A stretch of 63,927 nt of DNA, the filler included, from Reticulomyxa filosa (Eukaryota > Protista > Foraminifera), in NCBI GenBank assembly GCA_000512085.1. It is 12 parts of 12 records of this genome, joined end to end, with 100 filler letters (N's around TTAATTAATTAA, not from the genome) between each part and the next. Parts side by side here need not be neighbours in the genome. Positions count along the whole stretch, not along the records: positions 47,144 to 59,038 come from ASPP01019240.1; positions 59,139 to 62,739 come from ASPP01024217.1; positions 62,840 to 63,927 come from ASPP01001425.1; 9 more parts are not named here. One strand, 5' to 3'. Shown piece by piece: positions 51,346 through 63,500 of this stretch (positions are counted from its first letter, which is position 1; the number at the start of each line of letters is the position of its first letter). A program made the position numbers and the translations under genes. The notes beneath the pieces were generated by a model. That model saw only the letters and a list, made by a program, of their open reading frames with translations, did no database searches and had not been told where the DNA came from.

Positions 51346-51822
51346 ATGGGTAAACGCAGAAGAAATAGAAATTCGACTTATCGCAAGCAATTCCATGAAA
51401 AGTTAAATGAACATTGGGGTAAAGACAGTAAAGTCAGAATGCGAATGCTTTTAGGAGTGGACACAGAAGTCCCAGAGGTAGAAGCTAAAATAGACGGGAG
51501 AGATTGGCGCACATTTTTCCCCCAGCCAACGAAATTCAGTGGCTTTAGTTGGTTTGAATTTGCTCGACGTGTAAAAAAACTGAATAATGAAAAACATGAA
51601 GAGATAGTGAGAGAAGCCAAAAATAAGGCCCACCAACGATTCTCAGAAGCACACCCCTCTCATCAGGTATCAGGTTCAAGTGAAAACGCCAAAAAACACG
51701 AAGACGTAGTGAAAGACAAAACAAGCGCTGGAAAATCAATAATCAACCCCTATAAAACACAACATACCACTAACACTGCTCAACAAGAAGACAATAACGA
51801 TTCTGACGATGAAAAGTGGTAA
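51346..51822 (+). CDS. Hypothetical protein (basic N-terminus, single exon)
   Basis: 158-aa ATG-initiated ORF with coding-like composition. No family recognised. Confidence 0.6.
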   Translation: MGKRRRNRNSTYRKQFHEKLNEHWGKDSKVRMRMLLGVDTEVPEVEAKIDGRDWRTFFPQPTKFSGFSWFEFARRVKKLNNEKHEEIVREAKNKAHQRFSEAHPSHQVSGSSENAKKHEDVVKDKTSAGKSIINPYKTQHTTNTAQQEDNNDSDDEKW

Positions 51823-52137
51823 ATTTTTACATTGTTTTTTTCCTAAATTGTCACGCGATTTCTCGTTTATCAATTTTTCATTTTAGAAGACATAAGGAGC
51901 ATGTTTTATCGGTTTGTATGTGCGTATTTTTGTTTGTTTTTATTAAACTTGTTTTAATTCAAAGAGTTTCAACAAAAAATTTTCTTTGCAATCTCAAGAG
52001 GAAAAGATCCATGTCAATTTCAATTTAAAATTTGCAAAACAAAACGCGCTACACCATACAACGAAAACACTACATCACACAATAAAACACACCGTACATG
52101 AACACGCTTAAAAAAAAGCATATAAGCTACTCAAAAA

Positions 52138-54061
52138 TTATTTGATGCATTGATAGTCAGAATGACCCAATTTACTACAACAGCGAATGGCAAGATAGTA
52201 GCGGTATGCTGTTGGTATATCTTTGATGACCCCAACTAAGAAATGATTGACATAAAAAGTAATTTCTTGACTGCTACAATCCAACAATATGGCAATGATG
52301 TCTCCATTTCTCCATTTTGTCAAAGTGAAGGTTTGATTAATGGATTGCTTTTGAGCAGGACCAGCAGCTCGAGTTTGTTTTTCTTCCTGGTTTGCGGCTG
52401 CATCTTCCATGTAACATAACCTTTGATTAAGAAATCCATTGTAATGGTACAACTTTCCATTGCTCATTAAATAGTAGGACAAGCCAATTTGTGGGGACTG
52501 GCTTAAATGTAATGATTCTGCATTGGGCGCGTCTACACATTTTGGATTAGTCAAAAAACCAATTTGATTGGATAAATTGGGACATTTTAATCGGCATTTG
52601 ATTTTGAATAAATGCCGACCTTGATCAAATCCATCACGCAGAATGCATAAGTTTCCTATTCGACTACAGGACAAACTGCTACCATCATCACATCCACGAA
52701 CACGTTGATTGTTGCTTGACAACTCCAAATCTTCTTTATTGACAAAATAAGCAAATGGATATACTTCAGGTAGCGCTTGAAGCTTGATTTTTTTTTAAAA
52801 ATTACAATTTATGTCTGCCAAAGCCACACTCAAAAAAAAGTATACGTAATTCGCAATAAAGTGCAATTGAACCAAACTTTGTTTTGCCACCAAACATTGA
52901 GCAGACGTGATGAAGTAAACGTATTAGAATTTTTTTCTTCTTTTTCGTTATTGTTTGAAGTTGTGATGATTGCTGTAGTTACTTCCGTTGTTGCTGTTGT
53001 CACTTCTGTTGTTATCATTGATGTTAGGGTAGGCGATGTATTAGTTACTGGCCTTGTAATTGCAGCAGTGCTTTCAGTAGCGGACATTCTCGTTACACTA
53101 ACGTTGTCCACGAGGACAGCTTTTTTTGATCTGCAGTATGATGGGTACTCGGCAGTGGCACATTGAAGGGACCAAAAGGTATTGCATCCATGCTTGTCGA
53201 ACAACTTATGCTCAACTCTTCCAATGGATTGCGAGGCAGATCACTCCAAGACATTTTTGCACTGTATTTTCTGGTGTTGTCGGTCGCAAAGGGTTGTGAT
53301 TGCATAGTTACAATTGGTGGTGCAGGTGCACTTCCGCTTATGCCAATGGGCAAATCCTCGTTGTTTTTCTCTTCATCTACTTGTACCTTGCTGTCTGATA
53401 TTGTCTCGGATGCACCTACAGAAGAGATAGGGACGTTGTCAGATGTCTTTGGGATCGATACACGGGAGCGTGATAATTTGGCTCCGTCTTTTTTAAGTGT
53501 GATCGTAATATCTCCAAACTGTTTGATTTTGTTTAATAATCGCTGATATTTCTTTTTGTCGTGTGTAAAAGATACGATATTCCAATTTACTTTCAAATTA
53601 TTCTCGATTTGCTTGGCACTGCTTTTTATTGCTTTTTCGATTTCGGACCATTTTTCTTTGTGATGTTTCTTTTCGTTTGGATTTTCAAATCCATTTTTTT
53701 TTTGCTTCTCTAGCATCTCGTTTTGTAATTCTACATTCTCTCTTATAATCTGCAAATGCTTTTCAATCTCTTTCTTTTTCTCTTCCAGTGCATTGCGACG
53801 TTCTAACACCCGTTCGCGCAATCTCTCGAAACACTCTTTTTTTCTCATAATTGTTACTGTATGCAATTCGTCAAAGATAGTTTCCATCACTTTTACTTGT
53901 TCTTGATATAACTCGTTTTGTTCGACTGTTTGGGACAGCTCATAATGTATATCTTCCAAAATTTCATTGTAGTGCTCGTATTGTCGAGGAAGATGATCTG
54001 TTGAATGCCTTTCTTGTTTTAATGAATTCGACACACCTGAAATAGTTTGAGCAGGAAGCAT
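52138..54061 (-). CDS. Coiled-coil + possible FN3-like segment + SPRY-domain protein (frameshift ~53170, intron ~52777-52843)
   Basis: N-terminal heptad E/K-rich region. C-terminal GFDQGRHLFKIK..IGF..GDIIAILLDCSSQEITFYVN..YYLAI matches SPRY/B30.2. Confidence 0.72.
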
Positions 54062-55090
54062 TTTTGCTTTGTTTCAGTTCTTGGCCCCTACACTCTAGTT
54101 TACAGTAAGCACAGCTTCTTTCCAAAATTTTGACGTGTCAATAAGGTTTCATCATGTGGTAATGATTTTTCTTACAAATTTAATAAAACGTGTGCAACGT
54201 TATTCTTTGATTGGTTATTAGTTCTCTACCTGCACTTCAAACTAAAAATTCACATCTTTAATGTAATAATGACAAAAGTAGATAAAATAATCCTCCTTCC
54301 ACATTTAATATTTAAAGAAAGCAGAATATTTTTATGGACTACTACGGATAAGGTACTTCTTGCGCAGCAAAAGTGTGGCAGAGAACCCTGTCACAAAACA
54401 TTGTTGTCAAACATAGTTAACATGTCCTACAAAAACAATATCCACAAAAATTAATTTCAATAGTTTTGAACAATTGGGAATCACTGTCATACTTCTTTGC
54501 TACCAATTGCAAAAAATTGAACAAGCGGAAGTTACTTTAAGATTCAGCTTTGTCAAAACTGATTAAAAATTCGCCTTGGTTTAGGCGACCCATTTTGTAA
54601 CGTGAGTAGCTGTGACTTCTTCAAAACTAGGAGACCCTGTTTGCAAACTACTTATTGCAGAAAAATTAGTTCATAAAGCTAGGAATTGTTAAAAGCATAA
54701 TTTTCAACCATATCACAAAGAGATTGTGTTACTCTTTTTACTCTACTAAGGTACAGTTTGACAACTGAAGTCCTGCGGAACTTTAGAGCCTTTTTCCTAA
54801 CCGCACTCGTTTGCCAAATTTTAACTTTTTGTATCCTGCTTTTCTGAGATAGAACGTTATCTGTGCGTAAATTAATTAACACTGCTATGAAGCTATACGA
54901 ACTCCTCAGAACAAAAAGATAAACTTTGTGATGAAAACTTTAAACTTTGGGCATTTGAAAAGTAAATAATAAAATGAAATGGTCACACTTTATAAATAAA
55001 GCAGTTATATTAAATCTTGCACGAAGGCACTTCGCCTTAAAAAAGGTTGTGACAAAGATTCAGGGATATCCGGTCTACAACAGAAAGATT

Positions 55091-55444
55091 ATGAGATCAA
55101 TAGTTCGTGCTGCTAAAATTGTTCAACTGCCATGTCAATTGGGTGCACCATTTTCAAATTGTAGTCTATTCCGTTCTTTTTGCTCCACAGCTGCTCGAAA
55201 ACCGCCAAAAATTGCAGAGAAAACTCCCTGTGCTGTGGACATGAACAAAGATACAAAATTTTGGTGGTGTGCATGTGGTTACAGCAAGAATCAACCCTTT
55301 TGCGATGGTTCGCACGATAAAGAGAATACAGGAATTAAACCACTTGAGATGGTAGCTGATAAGACAAAAAAATATGTACTTTGCCGATGCAAACAAACCA
55401 AAAAGCCTCCTTTTTGTGATGGAACTCATAAAACTTTGAAATAA
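55091..55444 (+). CDS. CISD3: CDGSH iron-sulfur domain protein with two CDGSH motifs (MiNT/CISD3 type), mitochondrial
   Basis: WWCACGYSKNQPFCDGSH and LCRCKQTKKPPFCDGTH. An R/S-rich transit-peptide-like N-terminus starts from ATG 55091 (alternative start 54974). Confidence 0.92.
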   Translation: MRSIVRAAKIVQLPCQLGAPFSNCSLFRSFCSTAARKPPKIAEKTPCAVDMNKDTKFWWCACGYSKNQPFCDGSHDKENTGIKPLEMVADKTKKYVLCRCKQTKKPPFCDGTHKTLK

Positions 55445-55867
55445 CCTGAAAACGGCTCTGGTCAATTGATCTTTTTGTCAAAAAATTCTTCACTGCAGCA
55501 ATAGCTGCTTTTATGATGGAAAAACATATCACAGCCAATGTGAACAAATATTTTAAATAAATTTCAATAAACATTTGTATGGGATAATACAAAACTGTCT
55601 TTTTATGACAAATTTTAAAACGTATTGTTCGTAAATCCTATTAATTTTTTCAAAAAGAAAACATATAAAACAGCTTCTTTGTTTTCGTGTAACCTTACTC
55701 TGTGTTTACTTGAAGCAGTATTCACAAAGGACAGAGGAGAATACACTTTGAAAAATGTACAGAAACTGTTGGTCTGGAAGGGGCAACGTTAGCTTACCAA
55801 AAAAGTCGTTTTTTTTAAGATAAAAAACAAAAGGGGTGTTTTCTGCTAGTCGCAACAAGTTTTTTGG

Positions 55868-57474
55868 ATGAGTATTAATTCCAAAGTAGCATTCTGGGAG
55901 CAAAAGGCCGTTCCAAAGGCTCCAGAAAAAGGCGGGGCAGTGAAGCAAAAACGGAGTTCGATGACAAAAACTAGTACCTCCAACGTTAGTCCAACGTCAC
56001 CAGAAGAGCCCCAAGTGGACAATGCAATAGCCGAGCCACCGAAAAAGAAGCGGCCATCACTGACAAAAAAAAACAGCAAAGAGCCATCCGAGAAGACGAT
56101 TGAGAAAAAAGACATTGCAACAGAAGCGGACAAAACAACAGACACAGCGGAGAAGCCGAGTACGATTGAGGAGAATCCAAGCAAGACAGGAGACGACACG
56201 AACAAGCCGAGAACTTCCATCGCCGAAAGAATGAAGCAGTTGCAAAGCGCCAATGTCAATGTGAATGCATTGAAGCCAGGCGCAAAGCCAACCGCCAAGA
56301 AATTGGACAAAGGTACAGCCGAAGAGAGCGGCATCAAGACTGCTAATATTAACTTGGCCGCTTTGAAACCTGGTGCTTCCATTCCCCCTCATTTGAGTTA
56401 GACCTTTTTGTATTACACATACACACATACACGTGTGTATGTACAAATGAATGTGTATTGTCACATGTTTTTATCGCTTTTTTTTTATTTTTTTTTAAGG
56501 AAAAAGGGGACTTCACATAAGCAAACATTGCAAGTTGGTGTGATATTGTACACAGTGAAGAAACAAAGTCAAAGTCAATCTGGGAATGCCGAATGTCGGT
56601 TCAATCTTTTTTTTTGTGTGTGTGTGTTTGCCCCTTTGTGTATTTGAGAACACTGTATGTGCGAATGCGCTTGCAAGGAAAGACGCACAAATGTAAATGA
56701 AATGGGGAATTTGTTGGGATTGAAGCAAACAATGTACAGTTTGAAAGGCCTTTAATCCCTGCAGGGTTTCGTCGTGAAAAGACACATGCAATCGAAGCCC
56801 TGATTTCAGATGAAGCAGCCGAGAACGCAAATGCAAATGCAAATGACAACAAGGAAAACAAGGAAAACAAGGAAAACAAAGAAGAAAAAACAGAAGTTGA
56901 CGCGGAAGCAGAAGTCGAGGTCGAAGCAGAGACGGAACATCCAATAATATCGAAACAAGATGAAGTCAAGACAGAAAAGGAAGCAAAAGAGCCTACAAAA
57001 CAACCAGACACACCTGACGCGGTTGAACTCGCGGTGCCTTCTTCTTTTGCTCAACCCTCAGTTGCAAATCCAAAGGAATGTGATGGACACAATGACAATC
57101 CAATTGAAATAAAAAAAGATCAATTGTTAATTGATATCGAGGATGTGCTGAAAAATAATTTCCAAGTGGATAAAACACACATTATCCCAGAAAAACAAAT
57201 CCTGCTGTTCTTCAAAGAACGATTCCCAGAAATCGATTTATCCCTTCGGGGACTGGATCAACTGAATGAAGACAAAGAGTTGATCGAAGACAAAACACTC
57301 AACAAAATCTTTGATGTGGGCTCACAATTGGATGAAACTGCATTTGCATTTGATTTGACTAAATGGAAGGTTCATCTTGTTGATGATGCCATGCGTAATG
57401 TTTTTGGAAAGGATGTGAAACATCAATGGGGCTATTCCATCAAATTTGTGGAACCACAAAAAAATCCAATATAA
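55868..57474 (+). CDS. Low-complexity protein with CapZIP/FAM21-like motifs and an unknown C-terminal domain
   Basis: Exons at 55868-~56397 and ~56720-57474. Repeated N(V/L)xALKPGA motif; ERPLIPAGFRR. Confidence 0.6.
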
Positions 57475-57938
57475 AAGTCATACACAATTTTTAATGGACA
57501 TTAATGTGCCCTTTTTTTTTGTTCACTGTGAATCCTTTTGATTTTGAGATTACATATTGACTCAAAGCAATTTTTGTGTTTGATGTGGAGTTGATCCGAT
57601 TGTTGTTCGACATTTATTCTTTTTTTTCTGCCTCTGAAATCAAAATTGAAAGTCCGTATAAGAGTTTTATTTTCTTGATAATTATTAAATAATTCTGGGG
57701 AGTAAAATCGCCAAACATTGGATTTCTTTGAATGAAAGCAATATACTCTTTATTTTATTTCTAACTCTCGTGTTTATTCCACAAAAGCAACATAATTTTA
57801 TCAATAATTTTGTAAATCAAAAAGAGTGATCTTCAATTTGCAAAAAACCAACTTTCTAAAACGTGCTAAATAGTGTAAGCGTCGTCAAAAAAAAGTTTTG
57901 AGGGAGGCGGGTGTCCCAATAAACATATCGTGTTAATA

Positions 57939-59038
57939 ATGACCGATATGGAGCAAACTAAGTGTACAGCTGTGTGGGAAAAGATATTTCCCACCCAAAC
58001 TTGTTTGGATCCGAATGACTTTAGTGACTTTCTAGATACGATCAACGTTGTAACGACCGCAAACAACAAAGCGTTTCTCTTTGTGCATATTCAAACCGAG
58101 TTCGAAGGTGATGAAGAAATGACCAAAAAGTCGAACAACTACATTTCATGTGAACAATTGAATCAATTCCTCGAATTGGAATCCACAGAGGAACCAGCTA
58201 TCAAGATACTTCAAGAAGATATCATTAACGCCTTAGTAAGTTTTTTTGTTTTTTTTGGGTGGAATCGAATAGAAAGAAAATATCGAACATTCTTGAGATA
58301 GGACAAAGAAAGAAAAGCAAAAGAGAGAGAGGGGGGGAATTGTTTGAAAAAGGGTCATGTACAAAAAGACCGACTCAATATATGTATTAGTGCAATAGAC
58401 ATCACTATAATCTTTCTGCAATAGAACAACATCGACGTGGATAATATAGAAAAGAATTCGGATTCAGGAGGAACTTCACCCACATTATCACTTGTTCCAC
58501 AAGTTCTTTCTCTCTTAAAGCCGATATCAGCGCATGTCGCTACTTGCATTTCAAAAACAACTTTTTGGATGTTTGAATGCGTGGATAGGAGTTCATGATC
58601 GAATTGCATCATAAATTGAAATCGTCACCTCAAACTTTTGAATCAGTTTATTTATTATTATTATTATTTTTTTTTATAGTAAACAATAATTTGTGAATAA
58701 AAAAAAAAAAGAAATTGGCATCGAAATGGGGATGTCACGAAGTCGTGCACTGGTTGATAAACAATGAACTGGAAAATTGCATCGGTGCTTTTTACTTGTC
58801 GAAAGTAACCGGCAAACAATTGTTGCATCACTTAACTTACAAAGATTACATAGCAATGAAAATTCCATTGAAAGAGATTGGCAACATTTTATATCAAACC
58901 GAATTGTTGAAACAAGAAGTGTCGGACTCTCAAAGTCAAAGTCATAGCAAATTTGAAATTGAAACGTTTGATGTTGTGCACAAGGGTTTGTGTGTTTCCC
59001 TTCTTTTTTTAGTGGATTCAATGAACATAAAAAAAAAA
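57939..59038 (+). CDS. SAM-domain protein (multi-exon, 3' truncated by gap)
   Basis: SKWGCHEVVHWLINNELENCIGAFYLSKVTGKQLLHHLTYKDYIAMKIP is SAM-like. Upstream exons join in frame through GT-AG introns such as 58646-58711. Confidence 0.78.
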
Positions 59039-59673
59039 NNNNNNNNNNNNNNNNNNNNNNNNNNNNNNNNNNNNNNNNNNNNTTAATTAATTAANNNNNN
59101 NNNNNNNNNNNNNNNNNNNNNNNNNNNNNNNNNNNNNNAATTTTCACTATTTTACAATATTTATCACGCCTATAAGAAAATTACCAAAAACAAAAAAAGA
59201 ATTGTTGTTCATGAAAAGTAAAATCAGATAAGTACAACTTAAAGTTTAACAAGTCCAACATACTACTTCAAGGGTAGTCCATAAACAGCTAACGAAAAGT
59301 TGCTTTTATGAAAGGTTTACTGTGAAATATTAGTGAATGCAGTGTCTATCAGGATGTACTTATGTGTATTTGATATTATATATTTGAGAAAGTGTATTTT
59401 AGATTATGTATTTATGAGATGCTGCATATACTGATAAATTAGCTTTTTTCCGATCGTATGGCGTTTTTGGCTGGCAGTTTATAAAATAATAGTTTTAACA
59501 TTTTTTTTTCTTTAAAATTTTTTTAAAAAATTTTCTTTTGAAGAAATACGTTGAAAGGACTTATCAAAATTTCATTTTAGTTTAAAATGCTACCAAAATT
59601 TTGCAGTATATCAAAACAATAAACCATGAAAAAACCACATTTGAACTTAACATTCACAAAAATAACAAACAAA

Positions 59674-61122
59674 TTATACATATGATGAAAGTGATTTTTT
59701 GTCATATTTTTTCCAGTATGCTTTTTCGATTTTAACAATTAATTCTTGGAGTTCTGATAAATTTGTCAGACCATAATTGAATACATTAATTTTGTCATTA
59801 TCGTTGGTCAAGGGACATTTGGTTATTGAGTCATTTTCCTCAATACAATTCATTTGATTGGGCAAATCGTCAATCAAATGCCAATGCTTACAAATTACCG
59901 AGTCGTACAAATCTTTAATCCCTTCAGCAAAGTCGACAAAGAATTTGTCATCTTTTATCAATTTTTGTCTCACACTCTCGGGAATTTCCAATTGTAAGCC
60001 ACACAAACCTGCATATATGCATACGTACCATACATATAACATGCATATATGTATTATAAACATAGAAAAGCAAACGGAAAAAAAAGTACCAAGTAAAGTG
60101 CTTTGATGACACATAGTATGGCAATTTCCTCCCCAAAGTCCATGCAAGCAACAGTCAAAAGAGACATCAACCGTCATATTTTGAAGGCCTTTTGGATTGT
60201 AACATTGGTATTGATTGAGCCGTTTTTTGAACTTGGTGTCAATATGTTCTTCTAAAATGCTAATGAATTTCGCACACTTTTCGTTATCTTTCCACAATGT
60301 TTGCATCGGACGTATCCCAACCTCAATCAGTACATTGCGCTTCCGGTCCAATTTGCCGTGAATATCTATCGTCATTGTCGGTTGTGATTCCATGTCCTTT
60401 TGTTTCTTTTTAAATTGTTCTCGAAAACTATGCAGCGCATGATGAAACGGTGACTGTCCAAATTCATCTGTTGATAAATAATTAGGATCCAAATTATTTG
60501 GCTTGCTACCGACCATCAAGTTCCATATCTATTTTTTAAAATTTATTTATTTGTTTTGTTTTGTTTTTTTTGCGAGATCCAATAATAAGTAGTAATAAAA
60601 AAAATATGGCGAAAAAAAAAGCGCAGCAAATTTGTTATGCACGTATGTTATTGGCAGGGGCTACGTAAAAAATAAAATAAATATTGGAAGAAAAAAAAAA
60701 AACTTTGTTTGAACCAAGAAAGACGGGGGCAATTGATATAGGCGGAAAAAATATTCTGCTAATTTTAAAGTCAGTAATGCAGTGAACTTTTCGCCAATAT
60801 GAACACGTGCATAATCAGGGTCTCTCCGTATCACCGCCACACTATGAGCGGCACTGATCAATACTGGTCCTTTCATACTGCAGATGTATGGCAGATCAAA
60901 CGCAGGTTTGTCGTCATCCTTTTTCGTGTCGTCACTGTCATCAATGCTAACAAGAGCCTTCTCTTTCTTGTGCTTCTCACTTGTTTGTAATTTCAAAGCT
61001 GGTAATTCTGTTGGAAGGGTCACAGAGTTCTTGAGCTTGTGAATATCTAAGGTATGCACATGCTCCAACAATGGGGCCAAAGGGGCTGTCATTGCTGTCA
61101 TTTTAGTTGACAATGGTATCAA
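59674..61122 (-). CDS. Zn-dependent hydrolase, N-formylglutamate amidohydrolase / poly-gamma-glutamate hydrolase-like fold
   Basis: VLISAAHS..E(KFT), LDPN, TIDIHG, IEVG, GLQLEIP..VR. Introns at ~60530-60712 and ~60011-60089. Confidence 0.65.
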
Positions 61123-61346
61123 GGCTCAAAGACCAAGGTGTACGTGTATTTTATTTTATAAAAAACTTAGTTCTTTTGTGAGACAAAAAAAAAATGTAAC
61201 ACCAACTTTTTCCTGTGTTCAAGAATCTCATTTGCCAATATTTTGGAGTGGTAGTGTCTCTTTGCATTTTTTTTTTTTGAATTTAGTTTTGTACTTAACG
61301 TTTTTTTTTAAGAACAAATTTTGAAGAGCTAAGGGGGAAAAAAAAA

Positions 61347-62147
61347 ATGCATAGTCAATTTAAGCTTCCTTCTCAAGGAGCAGATACTTTCACGTTATTG
61401 GGTTCTCAAAGTCAGATATTGCATGTATGGCTTCAACCTAATGATGAATTATATATCCATCCTCAAACAATTTTGTACACGTCAGCACACTTGTTGGTCG
61501 AGCAGCACAAAAAAAAACCGGAAGAGGATAACATAAACGAACTGGAGAGATCTTATGATCTGAATAAAAACATATTTTTGAATGATTACTCAGGGAATGA
61601 TATTCTCCCAAAGGACATGTTACACATAACAAATGGCACAACGAACACAACCCAATACGTATGATTTTGTTTATCTGTTCGGCAGTTGATTTCCAACTGA
61701 TCTCCGGCCTTTTCAGTATCGATTTTTGTTTGTTTGTTTTTTTTTTAAAATTAAAAAAAAAAAAAAACCATGAAGATTGGATTATCGACTAGCCTGCTGA
61801 TGAATTCCGAGTACAATACGCCGAACAATCAAATATATGATTTGATGTTATTGAAGCAACAAAAACAGAAGGGATACATGAGTCTATCAGATACCAAGTT
61901 GAACAAGATGCTATCAAGTGGCCTACCTTTTCCACGGAGCATATTGGACGTGACGAGCTGCGATACAATTTCAACACCGCAAATCATGTCGTTGGCGCTG
62001 TTTCGCAACGGCGTATATAATCCATACATAATCAACATGAGTTGCTTATTGGCGTATTTGCGCTGCAATGCGCTTACTTACCAAGAAGGTATCCACGAGA
62101 CAAAAGACGATAGTAAAGAAGATACCAAAGATGATAATAATAATAAC

Positions 62148-62181
<34 letters not shown>

Positions 62182-62739
62182 CAATACATAAGTCGCAGAT
62201 TACAATGAAGCGTTATGTATTGCATGATAAATACACTCTTCATCAGGTGCTAAAGAATCCCAAGAAGATGCCACTTTGGCAAAGGGACGGTGGGCTTTGG
62301 ATGTCATATCATCCATTGCTATCGCGTCTGCTTTCTGATATCCATGACAGTAACAATGCAGGATATTGCAAACATTTGCTCTGGCTGTGTGGTCGGGCAT
62401 TAAAGCTATTGTTACATGTAATTAGCTGTTGCTCTTTCTCTCTGCTTTACACAATCTACGCCATCAATCGTCTCCGAAAACTCGCACAAAACTCTCCCTT
62501 TCACAGCGAAGCGAGGATGTCCAAACAACGCCTTTTTCAGCTTAAAGATATTATGTGCTTATCCATCGTCGGATTAGACCTTCCATCGCTTTGGCCTGAC
62601 ACTGGTATGTGTGCTCTTTTTTTTTTTTTTTTTGAAAAAAAAAAAAAAAGGGGACAAACAAATTCAAAGGGGTTTGTTGTAAGCATTTCATATAACTTTT
62701 GAAAGGGGGGCGCGGGGGACACTTGGAAAAAAAAAAAAA
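61347..62739 (+). CDS. AIM24 (TRAP-like)-family-like protein, 3' truncated
   Basis: FTLLGSQSQILHVWLQPNDELYIHPQTILYTS resembles the AIM24 N-terminus. Second exon from ~61776. Confidence 0.5.
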
Positions 62740-62839
62740 NNNNNNNNNNNNNNNNNNNNNNNNNNNNNNNNNNNNNNNNNNNNTTAATTAATTAANNNNN
62801 NNNNNNNNNNNNNNNNNNNNNNNNNNNNNNNNNNNNNNN

Positions 62840-63500
62840 TCCAATATATTCACCAATAATTTCGTCATCCAATGTATTTACTTCTATGTTTTTCCGTATC
62901 AAATCTCAATTGAATATCTCCAAATAGAATTTTGCAATTGTATTTTAATTTTTTTAACATTTTACTTTGGATCATCTATCAATTTGTTCCATTTTTATTA
63001 TTGCACAATGGGATGTAATTGACTTGATTTGATAATACCACTCTGTAAATAAGTTAAACGAATGATAGAAGAAACAATATACATATGATTGAATTTGTTT
63101 GTTCTTCAAAACATACAATATATAATTCTTGATAAGAAATCATATCGAATGTAATATATTTACTTTACCAATTTTTTGTTAAAGTATTTTCAATTATCCG
63201 TCATCATTGTTTCATTACTGAATAATAGATTTCTGCAATGCGACAAATGTTTTACATTTCATTGAGTCTTGAAGTGTTTCTAATTTAGAATACGTCAGTG
63301 ATTATCATCTGTGCATGATACCATAGTTTGGTCATCTGAAGAAAATTTCAAATTGTGGATATTATCAATTTTTAATCTCTGTTTGTGGCGCTGTATCCGT
63401 ATTCGAATTACAACAGTTAATTTCCTTTCTTGAATTGGTATTTCACTGTCGAATTATTTGATCATTTGAACAACACGATCATTTTTGCCATCGTGCATTA
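62840..63500 (-). pseudogene. Possible degenerate or fragmentary coding sequence
   Basis: Short coding-like pieces (ILFGDIQLRFDTENIEVNTLDDEIIGEY at ~62840-62930) and stop-interrupted frames upstream. Confidence 0.25.

Noticed and set aside
900-53180. Programmed ribosomal frameshifting as a general mechanism
   Set aside because: All shifts lie in short homopolymers, occur in both directions and include GRP94. Sequencing error is more parsimonious until reads are checked.
2906-62839. Eleven identical TTAATTAATTAA palindromes as a biological repeat, CRISPR-like array or insertion target
   Set aside because: Each is centred in a 100-nt N block, a standard all-frame-stop assembly linker. Gene adjacency across these spacers is therefore not guaranteed.
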